Shown piece after piece: positions 1-8,801 of a DNA stretch of 24,068 bases. The translations under genes were made by a program, and so were the position numbers. Under the pieces are notes generated by a model that saw only the letters and a program-made list of their open reading frames with translations, was not told the origin of the DNA and ran no database searches. The stretch comes from a virus (lineage: Duplodnaviria > Caudoviricetes). Numbering within the stretch: the stretch's first letter is position 1; each line of letters begins with the position of its first letter. The DNA lies in the IMG/VR virus record IMGVR_UViG_3300011338_000890, positions 1 through 24,068 of that record. The stretch is one strand, 5' to 3'.

Positions 1-1755
1 TTTTCCGATGCGGGCTTGAACCGCCCCGTCATTGGACTTCTCGAGGACCTGCATGATGCGGGTCTTGCTAAGAGATTGACAAGTAAGTCAAATCCGGAAC
101 TTAGCCCGCTCGAAGTCTATGCGGCAGACGCTGTCAAAGACATGTTCCCGATCTACAACCGGGTCGGCCTGTTCGTTCGTGAGCTCGACAAGTTCCCGGT
201 CTTCGGTAACTTCATGTCCTTCGCCTCGGAGAACATCCGCAACTCGGTCAACATCCTTGACCGCGGTTTGAAGGAGATGTCCTTCACCGTCTCTGACCGG
301 GTTCGCAAGCGCCTTGGGGAACCGGAAGCCCGTGCCTTCGAGCGGTCGATCCGGGCACAGGGCGCGCAGCGCCTGACGGCGTATGCCGCCGTGGCCGGGG
401 TTCTTCCAAAGGCCGCGGTCCGCGCTTCGATGGCCGCCACTGGCACCACGCCTGAACAGATGGAAGCGATGTATGCCGAGCTTCCTGACTTCTTCGCGGG
501 CAACGACATCGTCGTGACGAGCAATGACCAGAAGGGTAAGCTCCAGTACATCAACCTAAGCTACACGCTTCCCTATGCGTTCGCGATTGATCCGGCCGTC
601 GCAGGGGTCCGTGCCTACAACGAAGCAGAGCGTCTTGGTAAAAGCGAAGCCAATCAGATTATGAACGGCATCTGGGCCAGCGTGACGTCCTACGCCGACC
701 CCTTCTCCTCGCAGTCCATGAGCACAGAGCGTATCCTCGATGTTCTTCCCCGTGAGATGCTTGGCCGCGGCGGCATCACGCTGACCGGGTCAAAAGTCTA
801 CAATGAGACGGACTCTTTGTCCGAGAAGGTCTTGAGCTCAGCAAACCACCTGATGGCAACCTACCTTCCGGGCTACTTGCGGGAGTTCAGGGAAGTTCGC
901 GGAGGGGATATTCGCCCCGGCCGGATCATGCGCGCGATGACTGGCACCCCCGGTCCGCAGGGCGAAGAGTTTAACCTCCCCGCCGAGTTTGCCCGCATCG
1001 TGACAGGCTTCACGCCCATGGAGCTGAACCTGAAGCGTGATTTCCAGTTCGCAGGCAAGGAGTATGCACCTCGTCGTCAGGACGCCAAGACCTCGGCAAC
1101 CCGGATCATTCGTGCCCCTGACCGCACGGCCGAAAGCATGCTTGATGCATGGAACCAGTATCTTGACAACCTGTACCGCGAGCAGACGAAGCTCTATGGG
1201 GATATCAAAGCTGCTCGGACCTTGGGCCTTTCGGACAAGGAAATCCGCCGCAGTCTTATCGCGGAAGCCAAGCTTGGCTCCGACGAAGTGAACATGATCA
1301 TGCGTGGCCAATTCTACCCGGGCCGTGCGTCAGAGGAAATGCTTCAGGACATCCGGCGTCAGGAGCGCATGGAAAAAGTCAACCGTGTGACGTCTGCCTC
1401 GGACCTCCCCATCAGGGAATTCAACAGCATGACGCGGGCGCGCATGCGTCAGGAGCTTATTCCGGAGACGCCTGTCGAGACGCCAAAGGCAAAAGCCGTT
1501 GCCCCGGCGGGTGGTGGCTTGTTCGATGACGTCCCACTTACGGCACCCTCGGGCGGCGGCCTGTTCGATGACGTCCCTGTCGTCTCACCTGCAGACCCAT
1601 CAATACAAGGGGCGCTATCACCGCCCCCCGCCTTCGATTCAATGCCCGCGCCGTCGGCACCAGCTAATAGGGCCGCCTTGTCTCCGAGCCTGCTTGGTGG
1701 GGACATTGCATCGCAGCTGGCAAACATGGAAATTGCACAGCGTATTCAGGGCTGA
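1..1755 (+). CDS. Large putative internal virion/ejection protein, C-terminal part (5' truncated by window)
   Basis: Frame 1 is open from base 1 (TTT TCC GAT GCG GGC TTG...) to TGA 1755. Helical composition, with a Pro/Ala-rich tail containing GGGLFDDVP twice. It converges on the replication operon, as the last morphogenesis gene of podoviruses often does. Function is inferred from context. Confidence 0.55.
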   Translation, partial: FSDAGLNRPVIGLLEDLHDAGLAKRLTSKSNPELSPLEVYAADAVKDMFPIYNRVGLFVRELDKFPVFGNFMSFASENIRNSVNILDRGLKEMSFTVSDRVRKRLGEPEARAFERSIRAQGAQRLTAYAAVAGVLPKAAVRASMAATGTTPEQMEAMYAELPDFFAGNDIVVTSNDQKGKLQYINLSYTLPYAFAIDPAVAGVRAYNEAERLGKSEANQIMNGIWASVTSYADPFSSQSMSTERILDVLPREMLGRGGITLTGSKVYNETDSLSEKVLSSANHLMATYLPGYLREFREVRGGDIRPGRIMRAMTGTPGPQGEEFNLPAEFARIVTGFTPMELNLKRDFQFAGKEYAPRRQDAKTSATRIIRAPDRTAESMLDAWNQYLDNLYREQTKLYGDIKAARTLGLSDKEIRRSLIAEAKLGSDEVNMIMRGQFYPGRASEEMLQDIRRQERMEKVNRVTSASDLPIREFNSMTRARMRQELIPETPVETPKAKAVAPAGGGLFDDVPLTAPSGGGLFDDVPVVSPADPSIQGALSPPPAFDSMPAPSAPANRAALSPSLLGGDIASQLANMEIAQRIQG

Positions 1756-3666
1756 TCACCCAACCTCTCCCCAGTTGTTGCCGAGTTCTTGGTCCACCTT
1801 GCTAGGAACCTTGAGTGACAACCCCTCTTCCATGATCTTGGTGATGCGGGCGGCCTGCTCGTCGGACTCCACGTTGAAGCACAGTTCGTCATGCACCGTG
1901 AGGAGTGGGACCAACCCCTCCTCATAGCATTCTGCCATGGCGAGCTTGTTCTGATCGGCAGCGGAACCTTGGATCACACGGTTCAAGGCCTTGTATGTGA
2001 ACGCCCGTCTCAGGCGACCCATCCCGCCGTACTCGCGCTGCGCGTCGTCGTACTTCATGGGCTTATTATACCCGAAGGTTGAGGGTTCCCAAAGATCGAA
2101 GCGGCACAGGCGGCCAAGGATAGTGCGGATACGCCCCTCTCTTTCGGCCCGGGTTGAGGCAAGAGTTGCCAGCTTCTTCACAAACGGCACCTTCTCTTGA
2201 TACTCCGCCATGAGCGCCTTGGCCTGCGCCTCAGACAGCCCGAGCTGGTTGGCCAGCTTGCCAACCCCCATGCCATACATGATACCGAGATTGATTGTCT
2301 TGGCCGACTTCCGGCTGATGCCTGCCATATCTGCCACCATCTGGTGCAGGTCGGCGTCCCCGCGCTGGTACTCTTCGATGATGGACTTGACCAAAGGATC
2401 GCGTTCCGTGTCCGGATGGCTCGCAGCGAAGTGCACCAAGAGCCGCGGTTCTTGGGACGAGTAGTCGAACGACCCCCACTTGCACCCATCCTCTGGGATA
2501 AACAGCCCCCGGACCACCTTCTTGATGTAGGGGTCCCGTGCCGGAATTTGCTGAAGGTTCGGGTTTGAAGAAGAGAAGCGCCCAGTCACTGTGCCGCCAT
2601 CGTCGGAACGAAGCTGGTGCATTTCGCAATGGATGCGGCCGTTCTTCTGGTAGCGCAGGATCGAGTCGATGAACGTGCTGTCCGCCTTGTCCATCTCGCG
2701 CAGCGTAATGAGGGCCTTGGCCACCGGGTGCTCCATGGCCTGCAGAAACTGCTTGGTGAATGATGGTGCCCCGGCCTCGGTCCTTGGATACTGCAGCCCG
2801 AGAGCGTCGAACATCTTCTGCACAGAGGCGGCCGACCACGGATCGATCTTGACCCCGGACTCTTTGCTGATCCAATGAACCATCTCGTTGGCCCGTTTAC
2901 GGAGCTCCTTCTTCGCCCGCTCTGCCTTGTCCAAATCGACCCGGACCCCGCGCATCCGCATCTCGATCACGGCGGGGAGCACCCGGTGCTCCAGCGTCAG
3001 GACGGACATCAGGCTTTGCTCCTCAAGCAGGGGCTTGAAGCGCTCCCAAAGCTTGAGCGTCAGCAGGGCGTCTGCTTCGGCGTAGACGCCCACGTATCGC
3101 GCGGGGAGCTTCCACATCTCCGCCTTGGGATCGATGCCCCACTCTGCGGCCGCCTGCTTCAGGACCTTCTCGTCCTTGCGCATGCCCAGATAGTCCTTGC
3201 CCAATAGGTCAAGGCGGTATGACATCCGGCTCTCGTCCAAGAGCGGAGCGGACAGCATGGTATCGATAATCGGGCCCTGAATCGTGACGCCCTCGGCCAT
3301 GAGCCAGCCCGTGTCGTAGCTGGCGTTGTGCATGACCTTGGTCATGTGGGGCGTGGCCAGTTGCTTTTGCAGCCAGCGCAGCGTCAGCTTCTTGTCAAGG
3401 TTCGGTCCATTGGCGTGGGCGATGGGGAAGTAGCCAGAGAAGTCCCCTGCCGCAATGGCGATGCCTATGATCTCGCCGTTCTTGGTTGCCCATCCGGGAC
3501 CCATCTCCATCAGCTGCGGGTCCCTTGTCTCGAGGTCGATGGCCATCAGCGTATGGCGCGTCAGGTCGGGGAACTCGGAAGGCATGAACCACTCGACGTC
3601 CGGATTGGACAGGTCCATCTTCAGCAGGAAGTCGTCCGTGCTGACGTCGAAGCGATCTTTAGTCAT
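1756..3666 (-). CDS. polA: Family A DNA polymerase with 3'-5' exonuclease domain
   Basis: Exonuclease motifs IDLET and MHNASYD; TGRFSSSNPNLQQIP; motif A DYSSQEPR; motif B RKSAKTINLGIMYG; motif C TVHDEL. Confidence 0.97.
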   Translation of the reverse strand: MTKDRFDVSTDDFLLKMDLSNPDVEWFMPSEFPDLTRHTLMAIDLETRDPQLMEMGPGWATKNGEIIGIAIAAGDFSGYFPIAHANGPNLDKKLTLRWLQKQLATPHMTKVMHNASYDTGWLMAEGVTIQGPIIDTMLSAPLLDESRMSYRLDLLGKDYLGMRKDEKVLKQAAAEWGIDPKAEMWKLPARYVGVYAEADALLTLKLWERFKPLLEEQSLMSVLTLEHRVLPAVIEMRMRGVRVDLDKAERAKKELRKRANEMVHWISKESGVKIDPWSAASVQKMFDALGLQYPRTEAGAPSFTKQFLQAMEHPVAKALITLREMDKADSTFIDSILRYQKNGRIHCEMHQLRSDDGGTVTGRFSSSNPNLQQIPARDPYIKKVVRGLFIPEDGCKWGSFDYSSQEPRLLVHFAASHPDTERDPLVKSIIEEYQRGDADLHQMVADMAGISRKSAKTINLGIMYGMGVGKLANQLGLSEAQAKALMAEYQEKVPFVKKLATLASTRAEREGRIRTILGRLCRFDLWEPSTFGYNKPMKYDDAQREYGGMGRLRRAFTYKALNRVIQGSAADQNKLAMAECYEEGLVPLLTVHDELCFNVESDEQAARITKIMEEGLSLKVPSKVDQELGNNWGEVG

Positions 3667-4067
3667 TCTTTGGTCTCCGCGCCACGATTGTCATTGAGCT
3701 TGTCGTGTTTCTGGGCATCAAGGATGATGTTCATGCAAGCCATGACATGGGCCAGATGGGATATCCCGCTCTCTGGGTCAGTGTCTTCGCCCTCAAACCA
3801 AGCGAACAGGTGACGCTGGGCAGCGTCGTAGTAGACGGTGGAGGACACCGCGTGTTGCCGCCAGTTGAAACGGCCGTACTTGCCCGCGCCCATGGTGAAC
3901 ACCTTGCCCATCTCGACAAGACCCGTGGTCGGGGTGTCGCTCATCTTTGGCTTCTTCTCGCCAAGGGCTGTCTTTGGGTTGTCGTCCGGGTACCCCTGAT
4001 TCGGGCTGTGGTAAACAATGGTCTCGTCTTCCCACTCTTGCTGGGCGTACAAAAAGTTAGAGGACAT
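3663..4067 (-). CDS. DUF5664-type dATP/dGTP diphosphohydrolase domain protein
   Basis: Pattern GAGKYGRFNWR...YYDAAQRHLFAWFEGEDTDPESGISHLAHVMACMNI. Start reassigned to ATG 4067, which has AAGGAG 7 nt upstream. Confidence 0.85.
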   Translation of the reverse strand: MSSNFLYAQQEWEDETIVYHSPNQGYPDDNPKTALGEKKPKMSDTPTTGLVEMGKVFTMGAGKYGRFNWRQHAVSSTVYYDAAQRHLFAWFEGEDTDPESGISHLAHVMACMNIILDAQKHDKLNDNRGAETKE

Positions 4068-5607
4068 AGCGATACTCCTTGTCTGTGTGGACGAACACGA
4101 GGTTCTTCTTGGCACGGCTTGCACAAACGTACATGGTCCGATGCTCGTCGTCGGGGAACTGGGTGTTGACGCAGGCTTTGGTCGAGGACATGTCCACTGC
4201 GACATTGTCTTCCTCCCCGCCCTTGGCGGCATGCCCGGTCGAGAGTTTGATACGTGGCTCGCCGGAGATGTCTTCGCCCCGGCGCTCAAGGCTGCGGATA
4301 TAGTCGGCGTCGTAGCTCCCAAGGTTCAAGACCTGCAGCGCGTCCATGCCCCGGCCCGCAAGCATCCCGGCCGAGGCCACAAGGCTGTCATGGTCGTAGA
4401 GACCTTCTGGACTAAAGGCTTCGAGGAGCTTTGCGGCCCCGCGCTTGAGCGCCGCAGCGTCGCCCTGCTTTGGCAGCATTTCATAGAGCGCTTTGATCGC
4501 GCCCACAGGGAGAGCTCCGCCTGTCTGCAGAGTGCGCCACCCCTTGATGGCGTCAGCCAGCTTCGGATCGACGGAGTTTTTGCCGTAGACCTTGAACATG
4601 TAGCCGTCCTGCCGCAGGCGCTGGGCCCATTCCTGCACGTAGGAGTTGGTCCGGGCCAGAACCATCCACTTGCCTGCCCGCAGGTCGAGGTTCCGAGGTC
4701 CGACGACCCGGCTCACCGAGCCTTCGTGCTCGGCCGGATAGAACTCTTTTGGCAAGCGGTTGCGGATGCGGCCGGAGATACCGACGGACGCCTCGTAGAC
4801 GGGGCGGGACAGGCGGTAGCTTTGGGAGAGCACCTCGAGGTTGCGCGAGCTTTCCATGAAGAGCTTGACGTTGACGCCCGCCCAGCGGTGGATGGCCTGA
4901 TCGTCATCCCCCGCAAAGATCACCCGGTCGGCGGTGTCGGCCAAGAGCTCTACCATCTTCCACTGCAGGGGCGTCAGGTCCTGCGCTTCGTCCACCACGA
5001 GGAGCTTGAGCCTCGGACCTTGGAGCTCCTGCACCACGACCTCGTTGATCATGTCTACGAAGGAGAACTTGTTGTACGTACTCTTGTACAACATGAGCTC
5101 CTGCTCGACCTTCTTGAGCATGGGCCACGACAGGTTCCAATCGTTGGTCTCAGAGAATTCCCGCTCGAGCGGGATGCAGCGCATGATCGACCGCTCAAGG
5201 ACGGAGACATACTTGTCTCCCCCGACGCTCTGGGCGATGATCAAGCCATCCTTGGCGGAGCGGTCATCGACCCCTTTGATATCGATACCGAGGCCCTTGC
5301 CAAAGTTTTTCCAGTCGGACTGCGACATGATCTGAGAGGGCGCTATTCCCAGCAGCCTCAGCCCCAGAGCATGCAGCGTCTGGAAGTAGGGTAGGTCTTT
5401 GGGCGTGAGCTTGAACTGGTCGCAGGCACGAGACCGGGCTTCCTCCACCGACTTGCGGGTAAAGGACACCATGGCAATCTGGTCAGGTCTTGTCCCCCGC
5501 GCCAGCTCCTGCTCCACTTCCCAGATCATTCTGTGGGTTTTTCCGCACCCGGGGGGACCGAGCAACAGCTTTCTCCGTTCCGTGAAATTTGCCTCTGGGC
5601 CTTGCAT
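4057..5607 (-). CDS. UvrD/Rep-like superfamily 1 DNA helicase
   Basis: Walker A GPPGCGKT, FQTLH, VDEAQD, AGDDDQAIHRWAG, LSQSYR, STGHAAKGGE, YVCASRAK. Start ATG 5607 has GAGGAG upstream. Confidence 0.92.
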   Translation of the reverse strand: MQGPEANFTERRKLLLGPPGCGKTHRMIWEVEQELARGTRPDQIAMVSFTRKSVEEARSRACDQFKLTPKDLPYFQTLHALGLRLLGIAPSQIMSQSDWKNFGKGLGIDIKGVDDRSAKDGLIIAQSVGGDKYVSVLERSIMRCIPLEREFSETNDWNLSWPMLKKVEQELMLYKSTYNKFSFVDMINEVVVQELQGPRLKLLVVDEAQDLTPLQWKMVELLADTADRVIFAGDDDQAIHRWAGVNVKLFMESSRNLEVLSQSYRLSRPVYEASVGISGRIRNRLPKEFYPAEHEGSVSRVVGPRNLDLRAGKWMVLARTNSYVQEWAQRLRQDGYMFKVYGKNSVDPKLADAIKGWRTLQTGGALPVGAIKALYEMLPKQGDAAALKRGAAKLLEAFSPEGLYDHDSLVASAGMLAGRGMDALQVLNLGSYDADYIRSLERRGEDISGEPRIKLSTGHAAKGGEEDNVAVDMSSTKACVNTQFPDDEHRTMYVCASRAKKNLVFVHTDKEYRYVL

Positions 5608-5809
5608 AGAGCCACTCCTCAATCTCTTTCTTCGAGAACCGGGATACCGAGTTCTGATCCATCTCATCGCCAAGGGAGTAGGGCTTCGGGAATTTGTCGT
5701 CCTTGATCCACTTGTACATGGTCGATTCCGACAGGTTCAACCATCGGCACACGTCCACGGCCCTGAGCATTCTGTCATCCTGCTCAGAAGGGAATACGGG
5801 CAGCTTCAT
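5483..5809 (-). CDS. AlpA/excisionase-like helix-turn-helix DNA-binding protein
   Basis: MLRAVDVCRWLNLSESTMYKWIKDDKFPKP...SRFSKKEIEEWL matches the AlpA pattern; GGAG RBS upstream. Confidence 0.85.
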   Translation of the reverse strand: MKLPVFPSEQDDRMLRAVDVCRWLNLSESTMYKWIKDDKFPKPYSLGDEMDQNSVSRFSKKEIEEWLYARPRGKFHGTEKAVARSPRVRKNPQNDLGSGAGAGAGDKT

Positions 5810-7325
5810 CGTTCGTCTCCATTCTCATATCGACTTGTTCCTCTTTGTACGCTGGGACCCACCAGATTCTGACGGTGGTCATGTTCCCATCCTCTTTTCT
5901 CAAGGCCTGATGACCGTTGCAGTTGCGGCCGCTGTTCAGGTCCTTGATGAAATTTTGTATCTGCACTCGCGTTACATTGGTAAACCCACGAAACTTCAGG
6001 AATTCCATCAGGCCGGAGAAGGTGAACTTCGTCATGCCTTTGTCCGTCCAAGGCTTGCCCATCACAACCTCCTCGGCCACCATGGCCCGAATGTTGCTGG
6101 TGCAATACTCGCGCATCAGGTCTTCAAACTGTCCGCGCAGCGTAAGCTCTGGCGGTGCCTCGAGCTGGATGGCCGTGTCAAGAAGTTCGTTCACCACCTT
6201 GTTCCACTCGGCCGCCTTGATCGTGGGCGGCATGCGGTTGACCTGCTCAACGCACACCTTCTGGAAGGCCGCTTGGCTGGACAGCTGCTCCGAGGTTATC
6301 TCGAGGCGCTTGCCATCGTAGTCGAGGAAGAACATCTTGGGCGACGAGTTGAGGATCGTCATCCCCGTCAGCTTTGGAAACTCTACCATCCCGCCGCCGC
6401 CGATACCGAACTTCCGGGACCGACACAGGTCCTTGTTGCAAAAGTTACAGAGCGGCGTGGCCGTGCACTGGAAACCGTAGTCCTTCTTGTCATGCTGCTT
6501 CTGGATGTTGACCACTTCTTCGGCGGGCAGCGGGTCCTCGCAGTATCGGACGTTGCTTTCCTCCAGCATCCGCTTCCACCCCTCTGGGCTGGCCTTCCTG
6601 TGCGCCACGACGAGGCTGAACAGGGTGACGTTGCGGTACTGGTTGATCACCCCTTGCTGGATGATCTGCTCAAGGCAGGGCGGGTAATCCTTCAGGTCTT
6701 CCCGCTTCTCCACATGGGGCGCGACCTCCAACCGGGACATCGGAACACGCGACGCCTCGACCTTGTCAAGAAACTCCACGAGCGACAAGGCCTCGCCTGT
6801 TTCCGACACGGCATAGCGCACCGTATCGTCGGCGTTGAAGTAAGGCGAGTTGATGAAGTTTCCTACGTCGCCCCTGTCGAACAGAATCTTGTCCTGCTTC
6901 GGGAAAATCTCCCGCCCAGCGTAGCCCAAGAGGGCCGCCACCTCGGTCAGGTATTCTCGGACCATGGCCGCAGGATACCACCCGTCCAAGAACAGGTAGA
7001 GATGCGCGCCGCCGGACTTCGAGCGGCACTGCACGAGCGGCAGCTTATGGCTCTTGATGCGGGAAGCCAGAGCCTTGTGGTCAAGGTCGTAGTCATCGAT
7101 GTCGATGGCCCCGAACTTGCATTCGTTCTTGGAGTTGATCGGTATCGCACCGACGCCCTGCTTCCCAGCAAGGTGCGCCTTGACGTGTTCCTCGGTCATC
7201 AACTCTCGTAGGACATAGCTGTTTGCTTCTGCCTTGCCGGTTCTCGCAACGCGGCCCACGGTCGTTCGACCATGCCCCCAGTCCGATCCTTCGAAGGCCA
7301 GCAGAAGACGTCTGGCAAGGGACAT
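5784..7325 (-). CDS. Archaeo-eukaryotic-type (AEP) primase/primase-polymerase with Cys-rich accessory domain
   Basis: AEP motifs AIDIDD and RSKSGGAHLY, then EIFPKQ...GNFINSPY. Downstream YPPCL and CTATPLCNFCNKDLC. Confidence 0.85.
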   Translation of the reverse strand: MSLARRLLLAFEGSDWGHGRTTVGRVARTGKAEANSYVLRELMTEEHVKAHLAGKQGVGAIPINSKNECKFGAIDIDDYDLDHKALASRIKSHKLPLVQCRSKSGGAHLYLFLDGWYPAAMVREYLTEVAALLGYAGREIFPKQDKILFDRGDVGNFINSPYFNADDTVRYAVSETGEALSLVEFLDKVEASRVPMSRLEVAPHVEKREDLKDYPPCLEQIIQQGVINQYRNVTLFSLVVAHRKASPEGWKRMLEESNVRYCEDPLPAEEVVNIQKQHDKKDYGFQCTATPLCNFCNKDLCRSRKFGIGGGGMVEFPKLTGMTILNSSPKMFFLDYDGKRLEITSEQLSSQAAFQKVCVEQVNRMPPTIKAAEWNKVVNELLDTAIQLEAPPELTLRGQFEDLMREYCTSNIRAMVAEEVVMGKPWTDKGMTKFTFSGLMEFLKFRGFTNVTRVQIQNFIKDLNSGRNCNGHQALRKEDGNMTTVRIWWVPAYKEEQVDMRMETNDEAARIPF

Positions 7326-7350
7326 TATCTTCTCCGGGCGCGGAAGGTGG

Positions 7351-7370
7351 GAGGGGGCTTACGCCCCCTC
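7351..7370 (-). other. GC-rich intergenic hairpin (processing/stability element or weak terminator)
   Basis: Minus strand GAGGGGGC-GTAA-GCCCCCTC: perfect 8 bp stem with a GNRA loop between the SSB-like gene and primase; no U-tract. Confidence 0.5.
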
Positions 7371-7374
7371 GTGC

Positions 7375-8166
7375 TCAAAACGGGATATCGTCGTCCCGAG
7401 AACTTCCGCCGCCCTCGCTGTGGCTCTCGGCCTGCGCCTTGACTTCGCCGCGCATGATGCTCTCGCGGAACGCCTTGGCCTCCTGCAACAGATCGCGGCT
7501 GTCAACCGTGCCGACCTTCTCAACGGCCCAGTTGTAGAAGTCGCCCTTCTCGTTGGTCTGCTCGACCGTGTTCAGACGCCAGAGGGTGGCGAACACGGGC
7601 GGGGTGATGATGGCACCGCTGCTCGGATGCTTGATCTTTTGCATCGCGATCTGCGTCTTCCAGCGACGCGAGACCTTGAGCTGGGTGGACTTCATGTCAA
7701 CCACGACAGGTTGGGTCATGCCGCCTTCCCCGACGATCAGGCAGAAGTGTTGGTCAGATTTCACCAACTCGTTGCCATTGGGCAGGATTTCCCTTGACCC
7801 GTCGCGCGAGGTACGCTGAAGGATTGGGTCGTTGGCCGCGATCTCGCCACGGAACCCGCCGCCCGAGGCGCGGGGCACGAACTCCAGATACTTCGTGGTC
7901 TGGAAGCAAGGCACCACGACGAGGCCCGTCTCACCTGCCCACATCTCTGCGGTCAGCGTGTTGTACGCATCGCCCGTCGAGAGGCCCTCGATGTACTCGG
8001 GCTTCTTCTTGTTCAGTTGGGGCGACAGCGACTGCGCCACACGAACAAACGGGATTTGCATCTCCGACGAATCGAACGATGCGCCTTCCCCGGCCATACC
8101 GAAGATGTCTTCCATCACATCGGTTGACACGGCAGTCTCTTTGGCTTTTGCCACGGCAGTGGTCAT
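7375..8166 (-). CDS. Putative single-stranded DNA-binding protein
   Basis: Lies in the replication operon; flexible G/S linker followed by C-terminal DDDIPF, identical to the bacterial SSB acidic tip. Confidence 0.7.
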   Translation of the reverse strand: MTTAVAKAKETAVSTDVMEDIFGMAGEGASFDSSEMQIPFVRVAQSLSPQLNKKKPEYIEGLSTGDAYNTLTAEMWAGETGLVVVPCFQTTKYLEFVPRASGGGFRGEIAANDPILQRTSRDGSREILPNGNELVKSDQHFCLIVGEGGMTQPVVVDMKSTQLKVSRRWKTQIAMQKIKHPSSGAIITPPVFATLWRLNTVEQTNEKGDFYNWAVEKVGTVDSRDLLQEAKAFRESIMRGEVKAQAESHSEGGGSSRDDDIPF

Positions 8167-8168
8167 GA

Positions 8169-8726
8169 TTATTTCCTCCGGATTTCAGCAGCGTTGACGA
8201 CGTAGGCACTGAACAGGTCGAGATCGATGGGCTTGCCATCCTCGACACGCTCTTTGACAAACGCTTTCAACGTCATGGGGTGGATGTGAGTCTTCACGTC
8301 TGGGTCGAAGCCCTGCTCACGCAGGATGCCGACAGCGTTCTTTGCAGCGTTGTCTTCGCCGCGACCAAAGGACACCACAACCTCATTCTTGATGATGTCG
8401 TCAAGGCCGTTGTCGCGCAGCCAGCTGAAGGCCTGCTCTTTGTTCTCTTCAGAGATCGAAGCAGAAACGATGAGCTTGCGGGTAACGGTGACGCCGTCTA
8501 CATCCAGCCGTTCCACACCCATCTCGTCCATGACGCCGGGGATCAGTTCGGTGGTAAGCTTTTGGCGGTCCTGCTTGAGAGCCTTCAGGTCCTTCTCGAT
8601 CTTCTCGATATCCGAATCGACGGCCCGCAACTTGCGGACAAGATCACTCAGGTTCTTGGTTTCCTCAGTGCCCACGCTGGATAGCGCGTCGGCTTCGCTG
8701 AAGATGTCGTCAAAGATGTCAGTCAT
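8169..8726 (-). CDS. Conserved phage replication-module protein (gp33-like; N-terminal coiled coil)
   Basis: Coiled coil, then AFSWLRDNGLDDIIKNEV...IHPMTLKAFVKE, a pattern seen next to phage SSB/PolA genes. ATG 8726 has AGAGG upstream. Confidence 0.7.
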   Translation of the reverse strand: MTDIFDDIFSEADALSSVGTEETKNLSDLVRKLRAVDSDIEKIEKDLKALKQDRQKLTTELIPGVMDEMGVERLDVDGVTVTRKLIVSASISEENKEQAFSWLRDNGLDDIIKNEVVVSFGRGEDNAAKNAVGILREQGFDPDVKTHIHPMTLKAFVKERVEDGKPIDLDLFSAYVVNAAEIRRK

Positions 8727-8743
8727 AAGTATATCCTCTTCAG

Positions 8744-8764
8744 GTTTGTGGTTGAACAACAAGT
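8744..8764. promoter_or_regulatory. Operator copy 1 (GTTTGT-N9-ACAAGT) in divergent promoter region
   Basis: Lies in the 75 bp gap between the divergent gp33-like and SNF2 genes and overlaps a TTGAAC -35-like hexamer. Confidence 0.6.
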
Positions 8765-8801
8765 CGTCTTGCTGTACATGGAGTATATCGGAAGATATGC
8801 C

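Noticed and set aside
1750-1760. Zero-gap convergent stops (TGATCA) between the virion gene and polA
   Set aside because: Compact phage packing; no additional structure seen.
1756-4067. Z-genome (2-aminoadenine) system
   Set aside because: No purZ or datZ-like gene in the window; DUF5664 alone is insufficient.
5483-5809. Evidence of an integrated prophage from the AlpA/Xis-like gene
   Set aside because: No integrase, att site or host genes are visible in this window.
4018-7211. Long plus-strand ORFs 4018-5394 (458 aa) and 5694-7211 (505 aa)
   Set aside because: Antisense shadows of the helicase and primase, typical of high-GC codon usage; no recognisable motifs.
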